64,000 nucleotides of DNA from Desulfatiglandales bacterium (GTDB lineage Bacteria > Desulfobacterota > DSM-4660 > Desulfatiglandales > HGW-15): assembly GCA_963667015.2 (NCBI GenBank), contig CAXXJJ010000004.1, positions 4,077,662 to 4,141,661 of the forward strand, written 5' to 3'. The position numbers were made by a program, and so were the translations under genes. Shown in pieces: positions 19,954 through 30,990 of the stretch. How positions within the stretch are numbered: the first letter of the stretch is position 1; the number at the start of each line of letters is the position of its first letter. The notes beneath the pieces are model-generated. The model made no database searches. It saw only the letters and a program-made list of their open reading frames with translations, and was not told the DNA's origin.

Positions 19954-22881
19954 ATGAATTCGCTTTTTCCGGTTGGGGTATCGTCATTATTTGTTGTGGC
20001 AGTTGTTATTTTTTCCTATTTTTTTTACTACAGGAGCACTAAAAAAAAGTTTTTTGCAATATGGACAGTTGCATGGAGCCTCTATGTCTTAAGGTTAATA
20101 TGTTTGCTTCTGCCATTTATTATTCCAATAGATACGAATAATTCTTTTCTCTCTTTATCTAATCGGCTTATGAACATAATAAGCAGCACCCTGATCCTTT
20201 ATGGTTTTTATTCTCTTTATAATAAAAAATTTTCCAATATATGGTTTATTTTTTGTGGAATAATATCCTTCTATTTAATTCTCATAACAGTATTTGACGC
20301 CTTAAATTCCTGGATATTTCTTAGCCTTCCTGTTTCGGTGTTTACCGGATGGGTTCATATCTGGAATGGGATTTTTTATTTTTCAAATAAAAATATAAAA
20401 ACAAAATCTACTTTTTTCATAAGTACGTTATTTCTTCTGTGGGGAATACATACAATACACTATTCGATCGATTTATTTTTCATGCCTTCATTTATGCCAT
20501 GGTTCTATGTAATAGACGTTACTTTAGTGGTGATTATTTTAGTCGGAATACTATTTGAATATTTTAATGATATTCAAAACAGATTAAATGCCAGTGAGGA
20601 AAATTACAATTTAATATTGGATAATTCAGAAGAAGCAATAGTTATTGCAAGGGATGGAATAATTATCTCATTCAATACAAGGGCTGAAGATGTCAGCGGT
20701 TATAAAAAGAATGAGTTATTAATGAAGACATTCGATGATTTGCTTTACCATGAAGACCGGTATGAAGCCATAGAACGACACCTTAAGCGTCAACAGGGAG
20801 GAGAAATATCTAAATTTAACACTTTTCGAATTATCACCAGATCAGGAGAAATAAAGTGGCTTGAAAGTAATGCAACAGTTTTCTCGATGAATGGGAAAAA
20901 GGCAACACTTAATTTCCTGCGCGATATCACTGATAAAAAGAAAGCAGAAGAAGATCTGTATGAGAGCAAACGGCGCCTTTTCACACTCATGAGTAATCTT
21001 CCGGGAATGGCCTATCGATGCAAAAATAACCATGATCGAACAATGGAGTTTGTAAGTGATGGCTTCCTGGAATTGACAGGATATAGTCCTGAAGAAATAA
21101 TTAATAATTGTAAGTTATCCTATGCAAATATAATTCATTCGGAAGATCGGGAGAGGGTTTGGAACCATATACAATCTGCTTTAAGTGAGGGTAAATCATT
21201 TGAGCTTATCTATAGAATTATTTGTGCAACAGGAAAGGAGAAATGGGTTTGGGAAAAAGGCCAGATAGTTATGGATAATGATAATATCATTGCCCTTGAA
21301 GGCTTTATCAGTGACATTACAAAACTGAAAGATACAGAAACTGCATTAATGCAGTCCCTTATTAAGTTTGAAAAGACTTTCCAGGCAAATCCTGTCTGGA
21401 TCACATTAAGCACTCTTGATGAAGGGCGTTACATTGAAGCTAACGAGTCTTTTTTAAAGGAAATTGGATACAGGCAGGAAGAGGTTATTGACAAGGCCTG
21501 GCAGGAGCTTGACACATGGGTAGATCCCGAACAAAGAGCAAACATAATATCACGGCTAAAAGAAAATGGCAGGATTTTAAACCAGGAGGTAAAGCGAAAA
21601 AATAAGAAAGGAGATATAATTAATACACTCTTTTCCGCAGAAACATTGGTCCTGGAAGACAATGAGCTTATGGTTTCCGTGTCCCAGAATATCACTGCAT
21701 TAAAAAAAGTTCAGAAAGATCGTGATTCTTTGAATGAACAGTTACGTCATTCGCAAAAAATGGAATCAATCGGACGTTTGGCAGGAGGCGTAGCGCATGA
21801 CTATAATAACATGCTGACAGTTATTATAATAAATGCAGAATTATTGTTAAATAAGATGAAACCAGGCTCGCCCTACTATAAAAATATAGATGAAATACTC
21901 AATGCAGCAGAGCGTTCAGCGAACATCACAAAACAACTTTTGGTATTTGCCAGAAAAGAAGCTATTAGTCCGGAAGTGTTGAATATCAATTTAACACTGG
22001 ATGGCATGTTAAAAATGCTGAAACGTTTAATAGGAGAAGATATTGAGTTGATATGGAATCCGGGAACAAATCTCTGGCCAGTAAAGATGGACCAGTCTCA
22101 GATTGATCAAATTTTAGTAAACCTCAGCGTAAACTCAAGGGATGCCATTGATTCTCTTGGGAAAATCACAATTGAAACAGAGAATGTCACTATAGATAAA
22201 TTGTTAAGCGAAAAAACAACAGGATTAAAACCAGGAGAATATGTATTACTGACATTCAGTGATAATGGAAAAGGAATGGATACAGAAGTACAGAAAAATA
22301 TCTTTGAACCCTTTTTCACGACTAAAGATATTGGAAAGGGCACTGGTCTCGGCCTTTCAACAGTATATGGAATTGTAAAACAGAATAATGGTTTTATCGA
22401 TGTAATCAGCAATCCTGATGAAGGCACTGCATTTAAGATATATATTCCGCGCCATGAGATTAACAGTGAGAAAACCTATATAGAACCTGATAATAAAGGA
22501 ATAGAATCTGATGGGGAAACCATTCTTGTGGTTGAGGACGATGTCTCGGTTAAATCAGCAACTGAAAAAATACTTAGCGGATTAGGTTATAATGTTCTTT
22601 CTACCGAAAACCCGAAAGAAGCGCTTGATATAGTTGAGCAGAATTCAGATAGCATTCATCTTCTTTTATCAGATGTTATAATGCCCGAGATGAGTGGAAG
22701 GGATATGGCTAAAAAGATTACCGGCATGTTCCCTAATATTAAAGTTCTTTTCATGTCCGGCTATACTTCCGATTCTATAATAAAAGAAGGACTAGTGTAC
22801 CAGGGCGTCAACTATATAGAAAAACCTTTTACTACTGAAAAACTGGGCCTGAAAGTAAGAGAAGTGTTAAATGAAAAATAG
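19954..22881 (+). CDS. Membrane-bound PAS hybrid sensor histidine kinase/response regulator
   Basis: ~7 TM, three PAS, H-box LAGGVAHDYNN, G-box GKGTGLGL, C-terminal receiver. Confidence 0.92.
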   Translation: MNSLFPVGVSSLFVVAVVIFSYFFYYRSTKKKFFAIWTVAWSLYVLRLICLLLPFIIPIDTNNSFLSLSNRLMNIISSTLILYGFYSLYNKKFSNIWFIFCGIISFYLILITVFDALNSWIFLSLPVSVFTGWVHIWNGIFYFSNKNIKTKSTFFISTLFLLWGIHTIHYSIDLFFMPSFMPWFYVIDVTLVVIILVGILFEYFNDIQNRLNASEENYNLILDNSEEAIVIARDGIIISFNTRAEDVSGYKKNELLMKTFDDLLYHEDRYEAIERHLKRQQGGEISKFNTFRIITRSGEIKWLESNATVFSMNGKKATLNFLRDITDKKKAEEDLYESKRRLFTLMSNLPGMAYRCKNNHDRTMEFVSDGFLELTGYSPEEIINNCKLSYANIIHSEDRERVWNHIQSALSEGKSFELIYRIICATGKEKWVWEKGQIVMDNDNIIALEGFISDITKLKDTETALMQSLIKFEKTFQANPVWITLSTLDEGRYIEANESFLKEIGYRQEEVIDKAWQELDTWVDPEQRANIISRLKENGRILNQEVKRKNKKGDIINTLFSAETLVLEDNELMVSVSQNITALKKVQKDRDSLNEQLRHSQKMESIGRLAGGVAHDYNNMLTVIIINAELLLNKMKPGSPYYKNIDEILNAAERSANITKQLLVFARKEAISPEVLNINLTLDGMLKMLKRLIGEDIELIWNPGTNLWPVKMDQSQIDQILVNLSVNSRDAIDSLGKITIETENVTIDKLLSEKTTGLKPGEYVLLTFSDNGKGMDTEVQKNIFEPFFTTKDIGKGTGLGLSTVYGIVKQNNGFIDVISNPDEGTAFKIYIPRHEINSEKTYIEPDNKGIESDGETILVVEDDVSVKSATEKILSGLGYNVLSTENPKEALDIVEQNSDSIHLLLSDVIMPEMSGRDMAKKITGMFPNIKVLFMSGYTSDSIIKEGLVYQGVNYIEKPFTTEKLGLKVREVLNEK

Positions 22882-22940
22882 ACTGTTAATTTATCTGGAA
22901 TGTTCTTAATGAAAATCAGGTTTACAATACCGTTTCGTTA

Positions 22941-23525
22941 TCAGACTACAGAATATCCTGCTTCCCCGTTTTCAAAAAACATATTAAAATCCCACTCCTT
23001 TCCAATAAGCCAGCTGTACTGTGAAACTGCCGCTTCAGGATCAGATTTATAAGCCTCATGAAATGGTATTGCTGCTTCTGCAGCAGCCAAAAGAGATGAA
23101 GTCCCGGAGCAGGCATTATAAGTGTTTCTAAATTGATCATCTTTCTGTAATGCATCCGCTATTGCGTTGTTGCTTTCTTCAGAGCTTCCGGTAACTCTAA
23201 CAGAACCATGTTCATCTATATCTATCTTTATTTTTCCGCAGTTTTGTAAATTTAAACCGTTGATAATATCCCTTATTATACCTTGGGCCTCATCCATTTT
23301 TTTGTCGCGAAAGGCCCGCATCTCATCCAGGGTTATGACCCCATCCTCTCCGGCTCCATCCATAAAACCTGAAAGCGAAAGTAACCTGGCCTTTTGTGCA
23401 TTATCCGATATGGAAACCTGATCCCTACTGTTTTTATTTGCTGATATTTCTGTTGGGGCAGTATTGGATGATTGTGTTTTGTAAAATGTTGAAGTTGCAG
23501 CGCTGCCTATAGACTTAATATCCAT
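22941..23525 (-). CDS. Hypothetical protein
   Basis: 194-aa ORF with GGAG RBS; DQVSIS segment near the N-terminus. Confidence 0.7.
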   Translation of the reverse strand: MDIKSIGSAATSTFYKTQSSNTAPTEISANKNSRDQVSISDNAQKARLLSLSGFMDGAGEDGVITLDEMRAFRDKKMDEAQGIIRDIINGLNLQNCGKIKIDIDEHGSVRVTGSSEESNNAIADALQKDDQFRNTYNACSGTSSLLAAAEAAIPFHEAYKSDPEAAVSQYSWLIGKEWDFNMFFENGEAGYSVV

Positions 23526-23601
23526 ATCATATCTCCCTTAACTGATAAATGTTCATGATTTTATATGTAAGAAGTGATTCTTTATGCTGATATATTCGGA
23601 T

Positions 23602-23617
23602 AGCAATATTTATGCCT
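23602..23617 (-). promoter_or_regulatory. sigma54 -24/-12 promoter
   Basis: Minus strand AGGCAT-AAATA-TTGCT; palindrome GGGAAAATCTTTCCC ~80 bp further upstream may be an activator site. Confidence 0.6.
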
Positions 23618-23733
23618 GAAACTCGCTGAATTAAAATTGTAGTAATATCAATGTGTAAGGGAATCCTGGAATGATGAAGAGTTCCCTGTATGGGAAAATC
23701 TTTCCCCTTTTATTTTAAATCAGGATATCAATG

Positions 23734-23762
23734 TTGACACGATTATCTCTGTAAACTACAAT
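23734..23762 (+). promoter_or_regulatory. sigma70 promoter
   Basis: TTGACA-17nt-TACAAT. Confidence 0.65.
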
Positions 23763-24025
23763 TTTTTATCGGAGCCGAGCTCACTGCAGGGGCCCAGTGA
23801 GCCTGCACATTAAATACATGATCGCCCCTATATACACTCTTCTTCAGACCAACTAGCATGTAAAAAAATTTTATATGATAAAATAAACGAATACTTATTG
23901 CGAAGTATAAGATTTGATATCTCGTTGTTTAGGGCGGGGCAGTTCAATTATTAACCTTCAGTCTAAATAATTATTTTGAAAAGAAAAGTCTGATTTGAAA
24001 TTTCTTAAAACAGGAGGAAAAAATT

Positions 24026-25000
24026 ATGATCAGGACATTCAGGAACTTATTTTTACCGGTATTACTCATAACTGTTTTGGTGGCCTCCGGGTGCGCCTGC
24101 AGAAAGGATTTTAAAAAATCATACATGCTGAAAGGTGCAATCATAGGAATAATTCCAGGTGCCGTAATAGGGGGTGAAACCAGCGATGATGATGATTCAG
24201 ATGAAATAGCCGCAGGCATCATAGGGGGAGCGATCATAGGCGGTTTAATAGGCTCATTTTTTGATAAATGCGAGCCCGAAGCGGTACAGGTTGCCCAGGC
24301 GCCTGTTGATGAAGACTCTGACGGGGATGGTGTTGTTGACAGGCTGGACCAGTGCCCGGACACTCCAAGGGGTGTTCCGACCGACTACAAAGGTTGTCCC
24401 AAGGACTCCGATGGTGACGGCGTTTATGACAATATGGACAAGTGCCCAAATACACCTCAGGGCGTAAAGGTCGATTCCGCCGGCTGTCCCTCTGATTCAG
24501 ATAGCGACGGCGTTTATGATTACCAGGATAAATGCCCGGGAACACCTGCCGGCGTTAAAGTTGATTACAAAGGCTGCCCGGTTGATACGGATAAAGACGG
24601 AGTGGCTGATTATCAGGATGAATGCCCGGGAACACCCCTGGGAGCAAAGGCAGACAGCAGAGGCTGCTGGGTACTTAAGGGCGTTTATTTTGATACCGGG
24701 AAATCCAATATAAAACCGGAATCCTATCCTGTTCTTGACGAGGTTGTTGATGTCCTGAAAAAGAACCCTGATCTCAAAATTGAGGTTCAGGGCCACACGG
24801 ATAGTGTCGGTACTGCATCATCAAACCAGGTTTTATCAGAAAAAAGGGCAAAATCAGTAATGGAGTATTTTAATAAAAATGGAGCAAAAAGCAGCCAGCT
24901 TTCATACAAAGGATATGGCGAAGATGTCCCTATTGATACCAATGATACACCTGAAGGCAGATCAAAGAATAGAAGGGTTGAATTAAAACCGGTTATATAA
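24026..25000 (+). CDS. OmpA-family lipoprotein with thrombospondin type-3-like repeats
   Basis: Lipobox VASGC, glycine zipper, four DxDGDGV..D.CP repeats, OmpA domain (GHTDS, NRRVE). Confidence 0.92.
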   Translation: MIRTFRNLFLPVLLITVLVASGCACRKDFKKSYMLKGAIIGIIPGAVIGGETSDDDDSDEIAAGIIGGAIIGGLIGSFFDKCEPEAVQVAQAPVDEDSDGDGVVDRLDQCPDTPRGVPTDYKGCPKDSDGDGVYDNMDKCPNTPQGVKVDSAGCPSDSDSDGVYDYQDKCPGTPAGVKVDYKGCPVDTDKDGVADYQDECPGTPLGAKADSRGCWVLKGVYFDTGKSNIKPESYPVLDEVVDVLKKNPDLKIEVQGHTDSVGTASSNQVLSEKRAKSVMEYFNKNGAKSSQLSYKGYGEDVPIDTNDTPEGRSKNRRVELKPVI

Positions 25001-25014
25001 TTTACCAGCCAAAC

Positions 25015-25039
25015 GCCCACCGGCATAGAGCCGGTGGGC
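25015..25039 (+). terminator. Stem-loop after OmpA gene
   Basis: GCCCACCGGC-ATAGA-GCCGGTGGGC; no U tract. Confidence 0.45.
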
Positions 25040-25205
25040 CCGATAACCAGCTGAAACCAACTGGAGAACTTGCCATTTTACTACGCAAAAATAATTATGG
25101 GAAGTCTGACGGCCTGTTATCTTTTAGCAGATCACTGCTTCGCCATAAGGCAGGGGAAATTGTCCTCTAGCGAGTCGCTGAAAATATTTAAAACGGAGGA
25201 TTAAA

Positions 25206-28118
25206 ATGCCCTGGCTGTTACCTTCTGTGATAGCAACTCTGACAGGAACATCCGTTCTGGTATTTATATATCTCTACCTTTTCGTTAAGGATAGAAAAGA
25301 TTACCTTGGGATATGGAGTGTGAGCTGGTCTTTATATTTTATAAGATATGTATTCACGCTGTGGATAATTATTGACCGGGAAACACCAATTTTATTAATT
25401 GCTAATCAACTGGCATCTTTCCTCAGCGGTGTATTTCTTCTGTGGGGAACATATCGTTTTATTGGAATCAGATTCCCCCGGATATTTATTTACGGTATAT
25501 GTGTCGGTATATTCTGGGTCATAATCAGTGTTTCAGTTAAACTGTCTTTTCTCATGATGACCCTGCCTACCTTTGCTTTCCTTGCAATTGTTTATATCTG
25601 GACAGGATTTACATTTATTCGCTCAAATATAACTGACGGTATGGAAAAAAACATCACAGGCTGGACCTTTATTATATGGGGGCTCCACAAGGCGGATTAT
25701 CCGTTCGTAAGGCCAATAACCTGGATGGCACCATGGGGATACCTTTTTGGAACCCTGCTTGAATTTATGATAGCAATGGGAATATTACTGGTTTATTACC
25801 AAAAAATACGAGAGGATCTAAGAGCTGAACGTTATTATTTAAAAAAAGCTCAGGAGATTGGACAGATAGGAACCTGGGATCTGGATCTTATCAATAATAT
25901 TCTTCTCTGGACAGATGAGAACTGCAGGATTTTTGAAGTCCCTGAAGGCAGTGTTGCTGATTATGAGATATTTATTGACAAGGTACATCCTGACGATCGG
26001 GAGTATGTTGAACGTGAATGGAAGAAAGCCTTTAATGGAAAACCCTATGATATAGAACATCGCCTGTTGATCGATGGCAAGGTAAAATGGGTAAGAGAAA
26101 AGGGTGATGTAGAATTCAATAAAGAAGGTTTTGGCATTAAAGCGATAGGTGTGACTCAGGATATTACAGAACGTAAAAAATTTGAGGAAACATTAAAAAC
26201 AGAACATGATTTTGTTAATAACCTTATGTATACGAGCCCTGCCGGAATAACCCGCGTTAATGCAGATGGAGAGCTTGTATATGCAAACAGGCGTGCAGAG
26301 GAGATTCTCTCCATCAGTTTGTCTGAATCTACTAAAAGAACATATGATGACCCCAAATGGATTATCACGGACCTGGAAGGTAATCCCTTCCCCGGGGAAA
26401 AACTTCCATTCGATATTGTCAGGAAAACACTTGAACCTGTTTTCGATGTACAGCACGCAATAAAATGGCCGGATGGTAAAAAAGTTATATTATCTATTAA
26501 CGCCTCTCCACTGTTTAAAGCGGATGGTGAATTTGGTGGAATGGTTGCAAGTATTGAAGATATTACAGGAAGATATATAGCAGAACAGAAATATCAGATG
26601 CTGTTTCTGAAAATGATAGATGGTTTTGCCCTCCATGAAATAATCTGTAACGAAGAAGGTGTTCCCGTTGATTATCGGTTTCTCGATGTAAATCCCGCCT
26701 TTGAACGAATGACCGGACTAAAATCGGAAGACATTACAGGCAGGACTGTTCTTGAAATAATGCCGAACACGGAATCCCACTGGATTGAAAATTATGGCCA
26801 GGTAGCGTTGACCGGAAGACCAATGGAGTTTGAGGAATATTCCAAGGAAGTAGATAGATATTTTTATGTAACCGCCTTTAGACCGGCGCCCTTACAGTTT
26901 GCCTGTATTTTTATAGACGTGACAGATCGTAAAATAGCGGCTGAAGAAAAATTACGGCTTGAATCCCAGCTTCAACAGGCGCAGAAAATGGAGGGTATCG
27001 GGACGCTTGCAGGTGGAATAGCACATGATTTCAATAATATCCTCTCTCCGATAATGTTACATTGTGAAATGGTCATGGATGACCTGTCAGAGGATAACCC
27101 CATAAGACATGATATAGAACAGATCTTTAAAGCAAGTACGCGCGCCCGGGATCTGGTAAAGCAGATTTTAACTTTTGCACGAAAAAGACCCGAAGAAAAA
27201 ATTGTATTGAAATCATCTCCCATAATACAGGAGGCTGTAAAGTTTTTACGATCAACAATACCTACCACTATTGATATAAAACTTGATATTAAAGCCGGAC
27301 ATGATGTCATTCTGGCAGATCCGACACAGATAAATCAAATAGTAATGAACCTTTGTACAAACGCTGCACATGTCATGAATGAAAAAGGAGGATTGCTGGA
27401 GGTAATTCTCGACAACGAAGAGGGTTCTACTGAAAAAGTAAGAATGAATCCAAACCTGAAAAACAGAGAATATCTAAAGTTGTCTGTAGTAGATAATGGA
27501 ACAGGTATACCGCCCGATGATATAAAAAGAATTTTTGAACCGTATTTTACAACTAAAGAAATTGGAGAAGGAACCGGTCTGGGGCTGGCAACTGTTCATG
27601 GTATTGTCAAGAATTATGGCGGGGATATTATTGTGGAGAGTGAAGTTGGCAAGGGCACAGCTTTTCATGTGTATATTCCTTTAATTGATGAAATGGTAAC
27701 TGAACATGTAGTGTCTGAAGAAGAGCTGCCGACCGGCACGGAGAGAATCCTTTTTGTGGATGATGAAGAGACAATTGTAAAGTTGATAGAGCGAATGCTT
27801 AAGAGATTAGGATATGAAGTAACAGCTAACACAAATAGTGTTGAAGCCTTTCAATTGTGTAGAGAAAATCCGGATGCCTATGACCTTGTAATAACTGATA
27901 TGACAATGCCAAAGCTGACAGGAAAGGATCTCGCCATAAAAGTAAAAGAACTGCGGCCGGATTTGCCGGTGATACTCTGCACCGGTTTCAGCGATAAAAT
28001 AGATAAGAATAAAGCCAGAGAACTGGGTATTGCCGCCTTTATAATGAAACCGGTCCAGAGACATGAGATTGCATACACCATACGGAACGTGTTGGATAAA
28101 AATAGCAGTATCGTGTAA
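25206..28118 (+). CDS. Membrane-bound PAS hybrid sensor histidine kinase/response regulator
   Basis: ~7 TM, three [22 protein letters not shown], receiver domain. Confidence 0.92.
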   Translation: MPWLLPSVIATLTGTSVLVFIYLYLFVKDRKDYLGIWSVSWSLYFIRYVFTLWIIIDRETPILLIANQLASFLSGVFLLWGTYRFIGIRFPRIFIYGICVGIFWVIISVSVKLSFLMMTLPTFAFLAIVYIWTGFTFIRSNITDGMEKNITGWTFIIWGLHKADYPFVRPITWMAPWGYLFGTLLEFMIAMGILLVYYQKIREDLRAERYYLKKAQEIGQIGTWDLDLINNILLWTDENCRIFEVPEGSVADYEIFIDKVHPDDREYVEREWKKAFNGKPYDIEHRLLIDGKVKWVREKGDVEFNKEGFGIKAIGVTQDITERKKFEETLKTEHDFVNNLMYTSPAGITRVNADGELVYANRRAEEILSISLSESTKRTYDDPKWIITDLEGNPFPGEKLPFDIVRKTLEPVFDVQHAIKWPDGKKVILSINASPLFKADGEFGGMVASIEDITGRYIAEQKYQMLFLKMIDGFALHEIICNEEGVPVDYRFLDVNPAFERMTGLKSEDITGRTVLEIMPNTESHWIENYGQVALTGRPMEFEEYSKEVDRYFYVTAFRPAPLQFACIFIDVTDRKIAAEEKLRLESQLQQAQKMEGIGTLAGGIAHDFNNILSPIMLHCEMVMDDLSEDNPIRHDIEQIFKASTRARDLVKQILTFARKRPEEKIVLKSSPIIQEAVKFLRSTIPTTIDIKLDIKAGHDVILADPTQINQIVMNLCTNAAHVMNEKGGLLEVILDNEEGSTEKVRMNPNLKNREYLKLSVVDNGTGIPPDDIKRIFEPYFTTKEIGEGTGLGLATVHGIVKNYGGDIIVESEVGKGTAFHVYIPLIDEMVTEHVVSEEELPTGTERILFVDDEETIVKLIERMLKRLGYEVTANTNSVEAFQLCRENPDAYDLVITDMTMPKLTGKDLAIKVKELRPDLPVILCTGFSDKIDKNKARELGIAAFIMKPVQRHEIAYTIRNVLDKNSSIV

Positions 28119-28191
28119 GCGAGATCGTTGACCTGATTCTTCAACCAGAAAAATTTTACTTGACACAAGACTACACATGTAAGTATTGTGC

Positions 28192-28392
28192 TCTGAGTAT
28201 AAAAGATGTTCCGCGTATATCCGGCAATAAATTGAAGTCTTGTCAGCTAAACTCAAACAACCACTGGATTAACCAATCAGGGAGGATGCATGAAAAGGCC
28301 TTTGGAAAGGATCGTGTCGTATTCCTCTCGCGTAAATTGAGTTTTCCCTCTCCGGTCCCTCTGTAACTGAAGATATGGAAGCGAAGAGGATT
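28192..28392 (+). ncRNA. Candidate 6S-like long-hairpin RNA
   Basis: TTGACA at 28160; nested pairings ATATC/GATAT, AAACTCAA/TTGAGTTT, GAGGATGC/GTATTCCTC over ~190 nt. Confidence 0.35.
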
Positions 28393-28397
28393 TAATA

Positions 28398-28502
28398 CCA
28401 ATGCTGTTGAATTAAGCTCTCTATTGACTCCTCTCTTTCCTCCTCCCTCCCATATGGAGAGAAGAGTTCTTCAGCAGGAGAGTTTTAAGTCAACAGCATT
28501 GG
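28398..28502. repeat. 105-bp inverted repeat with CU-rich interior
   Basis: CCAATGCTGTTGAATTAAGCTCTC ... GAGAGTTTTAAGTCAACAGCATTGG. Confidence 0.75.
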
Positions 28503-28592
28503 GAAAAAACACCCGCATTTTAGTGGTATCAAAATGAAGAGGCGACTTATTTTTTTTAACCTGGGCGGCACATATTCCCGGGGTCAAAAGAT

Positions 28593-30380
28593 ATGAAACA
28601 ATATGCATTTATTCTTGCGGTTGTTATAACCGGAGCCGGTTTATACGGATGTAGTTCCAGAGACACGGCACCTAATGAACTGGTTGCAGAAGAAAAAAAC
28701 CGGTCGGGTTTGGCAGCCAGTATCAGGAAAGGCGATTACTATGCCAAAGCCGGTGAAAAGGAAAAGGTCTGTTCCCAATGGAAACGTGACTGCGAACAGG
28801 GAAGAAGCTGTTACGAATACGTATTATCATGCCTGGATGACAGAAGTATGGATGCAGGGGAATTCATAGATCAGGACCTGCTGGCCAAAATTGTAGTGAA
28901 GGACGTGAACCCTGATGTCAGAGCCGCTGCCGCCAGGAGCCTTGCCGATCAGACTCTGCTTGCCACGATCGCAGTGAAAGACAAAGATGAGTATGTCCGC
29001 AGTATTGCAGTAGAAAACCTCGAAGATCAAACCCTGATTGCCAGAATAGCCACTGAGGACAGGCATGAGCTGGTCCGCCGTGCCGCAGTAAATACGCTTA
29101 CCGATGAGGCCCTGCTTGCAAAGATCGCTTTGGAGGACAGTGATAACATTGTCCGATCCATTGCCGCGTCTAAGGTCACTGACCAGACAATGCTGGGAAG
29201 GATTGCCATAGAATCGGAAGACACCGGTATCCGTGAATCCGCGGTAAAAAAACTGACAAGTCAGTCCCTGCTTGCAAAGATAGCCGTGGAAGACGAGGAT
29301 ATAAAGATCCGAAGCATAGCCACAAACAAACTCGCTGATTTTGCCAGGGCAAAATGGGCTAATAAATCCTCTGAAAAGTACAGGCTGGAAGATTTGTTAT
29401 CTACGATTGAAGACTCGACCGAAGGCAGGGTTCCCTTACTGGATGGAAGAGAAACTGTAGCAGTTAAAAAAGAGAGGCAGATTCAGACCGGACAAAAATC
29501 CACAGAAGTGAATGAAAAGAAGGCAACCAAAACAGATGTCTTCAGTAAAAATATGGGAAAGACCGAATCTGACTGTGGGAATGATTGTTTCCCGAATGAT
29601 ATTAAACCCACCGGTTTATCGAAGGGTGACAGGGCGGTATTTCTGGATTTTGTGTATAAAGGTCAAAAATCAGGAATCTATTTTATCGCTAACAAAGAAG
29701 TCCATGAAAAGCTTGCTGCCCTGCCCCGCCTGCTGAGTTATAAGAAAGAAAAGGAAGAGATCAAAAAAGATTTTATCCTTCCAAGGATTAACAACCCCCT
29801 TCAAAGAGAAAGGCTTTTACCCCTGGTGGAAAAAATAAAATCACTAACCCCGGATGTTAATAAACAGGCTCGAATTGCAATCAGCCTGGTGCAGCATATC
29901 CCCTATGGTTTTCCAACCGGCAATGACTCCGAAATCAATTACGAAAAAAAGTATCCCTATAGCGTTATCTGGGAACAGACAGGAATCTGCGATGAAAAGT
30001 CGGATCTGCTGCTTTTCCTGTTAAGGGAGCTGGGTTTTGGAACAGCCACATTAATCTACAAAAAAGAGTATCACCGCGCAGTAGGTATTAAATGCCCGAA
30101 GGCCTATGATACGGGTGATTCCGGATACTGCTATGTGGAGGTTACCTCGCCAAAAATCATAACCGATAATTCTCCCGACTACCTGGATGTAGGATCTTTA
30201 ACCGATTTTAAGGTTATCCATATCTCGGAAGGAAGAGAGCTTGAGGGGGTAGAAGAGGAATTCACAGATAAAATTTTATATTATGATTTGCTCCTCAAGG
30301 CAAAGGCCAAAAACGGAACCATGGACGCGGATGAATATGCCCGTTACAGCTCTATCCTCAACAAATACGGCATGGAATAA
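28593..30380 (+). CDS. Lipoprotein with HEAT-like repeats and transglutaminase-like C-terminal domain
   Basis: Lipobox LYGC; ~6 repeats of DQ.LLA.IA..D....VR..A...L; GICDEKS/HRAVGI/YVEVT Cys-His-Glu pattern. Confidence 0.75.
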   Translation: MKQYAFILAVVITGAGLYGCSSRDTAPNELVAEEKNRSGLAASIRKGDYYAKAGEKEKVCSQWKRDCEQGRSCYEYVLSCLDDRSMDAGEFIDQDLLAKIVVKDVNPDVRAAAARSLADQTLLATIAVKDKDEYVRSIAVENLEDQTLIARIATEDRHELVRRAAVNTLTDEALLAKIALEDSDNIVRSIAASKVTDQTMLGRIAIESEDTGIRESAVKKLTSQSLLAKIAVEDEDIKIRSIATNKLADFARAKWANKSSEKYRLEDLLSTIEDSTEGRVPLLDGRETVAVKKERQIQTGQKSTEVNEKKATKTDVFSKNMGKTESDCGNDCFPNDIKPTGLSKGDRAVFLDFVYKGQKSGIYFIANKEVHEKLAALPRLLSYKKEKEEIKKDFILPRINNPLQRERLLPLVEKIKSLTPDVNKQARIAISLVQHIPYGFPTGNDSEINYEKKYPYSVIWEQTGICDEKSDLLLFLLRELGFGTATLIYKKEYHRAVGIKCPKAYDTGDSGYCYVEVTSPKIITDNSPDYLDVGSLTDFKVIHISEGRELEGVEEEFTDKILYYDLLLKAKAKNGTMDADEYARYSSILNKYGME

Positions 30381-30760
30381 TACCGGTTCATTGCATTAAC
30401 CGGTCCTTATAAAGGATTTGTCATTTCGACCGACCGGAGAAATCTTTTTGTCCGGCTGATATCTGACTTCTGGCCTCTGATCTCAGATTTTTCTGGCTTC
30501 CCTGGCAAGCCACAAGCTTCAGCGCAGGCGGCTGCCTGTTTTATAACCCCGAACTATAAACGATGAACTATAAACCTCGCTTTTAACACCTTGAATTTTT
30601 ATGTAAAAAGGCTTAAACATGAACTATTCTATCTTTTCAGCTTCTAAGCTTGTCGAATGATTATTGTTTTATCTTAAATATTGAATCAAGTTTTTAGTCT
30701 TTGCTTACTCAAATAGCAGTATCAAAAATAAAATTGAGAATGAATTGATCCCTAATTGGG

Positions 30761-30904
30761 AAAAATGGCTATATATACACATTTATTAAGCAGGCGAAAA
30801 ATACAAAAATGGTTATATATAACTATAAAAAAATAGCTACATATACCCATTTTTTTTAAAACTGTTTATATATAGCCATAAATGTCTATATATACCTATT
30901 TTTT
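30761..30904. repeat. Five imperfect palindromic boxes (consensus ATGGYTATATATARCCAT)
   Basis: Copies start near 30761, 30805, 30829, 30862 and 30880, mostly flanked by A/T tracts. Confidence 0.75.
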
Positions 30905-30905
30905 A

Positions 30906-30939
30906 AACCGGCTCTAGACCGGTTAATAACATGTTACAT
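30906..30939 (+). other. attI-like recombination site
   Basis: TAATAACAT-GTTACAT; GTTACATTT (30933) is the exact complement of AAATGTAAC (31481) ending cassette 1; no attC stem upstream. Confidence 0.6.
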
Positions 30940-30990
30940 TTTTAAATCTTATTATAAAACTCAATCAATTCATATACTGTATAAATAAAA

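Noticed and set aside
24310..24670. Tandem DNA repeats
   Set aside because: Explained by the protein-level TSP3-like repeats of the OmpA lipoprotein
30761..30904. CRISPR array or E. coli-type LexA boxes
   Set aside because: Repeats are degenerate with almost no spacers, no cas genes in the window, and no CTGT-N8-ACAG match
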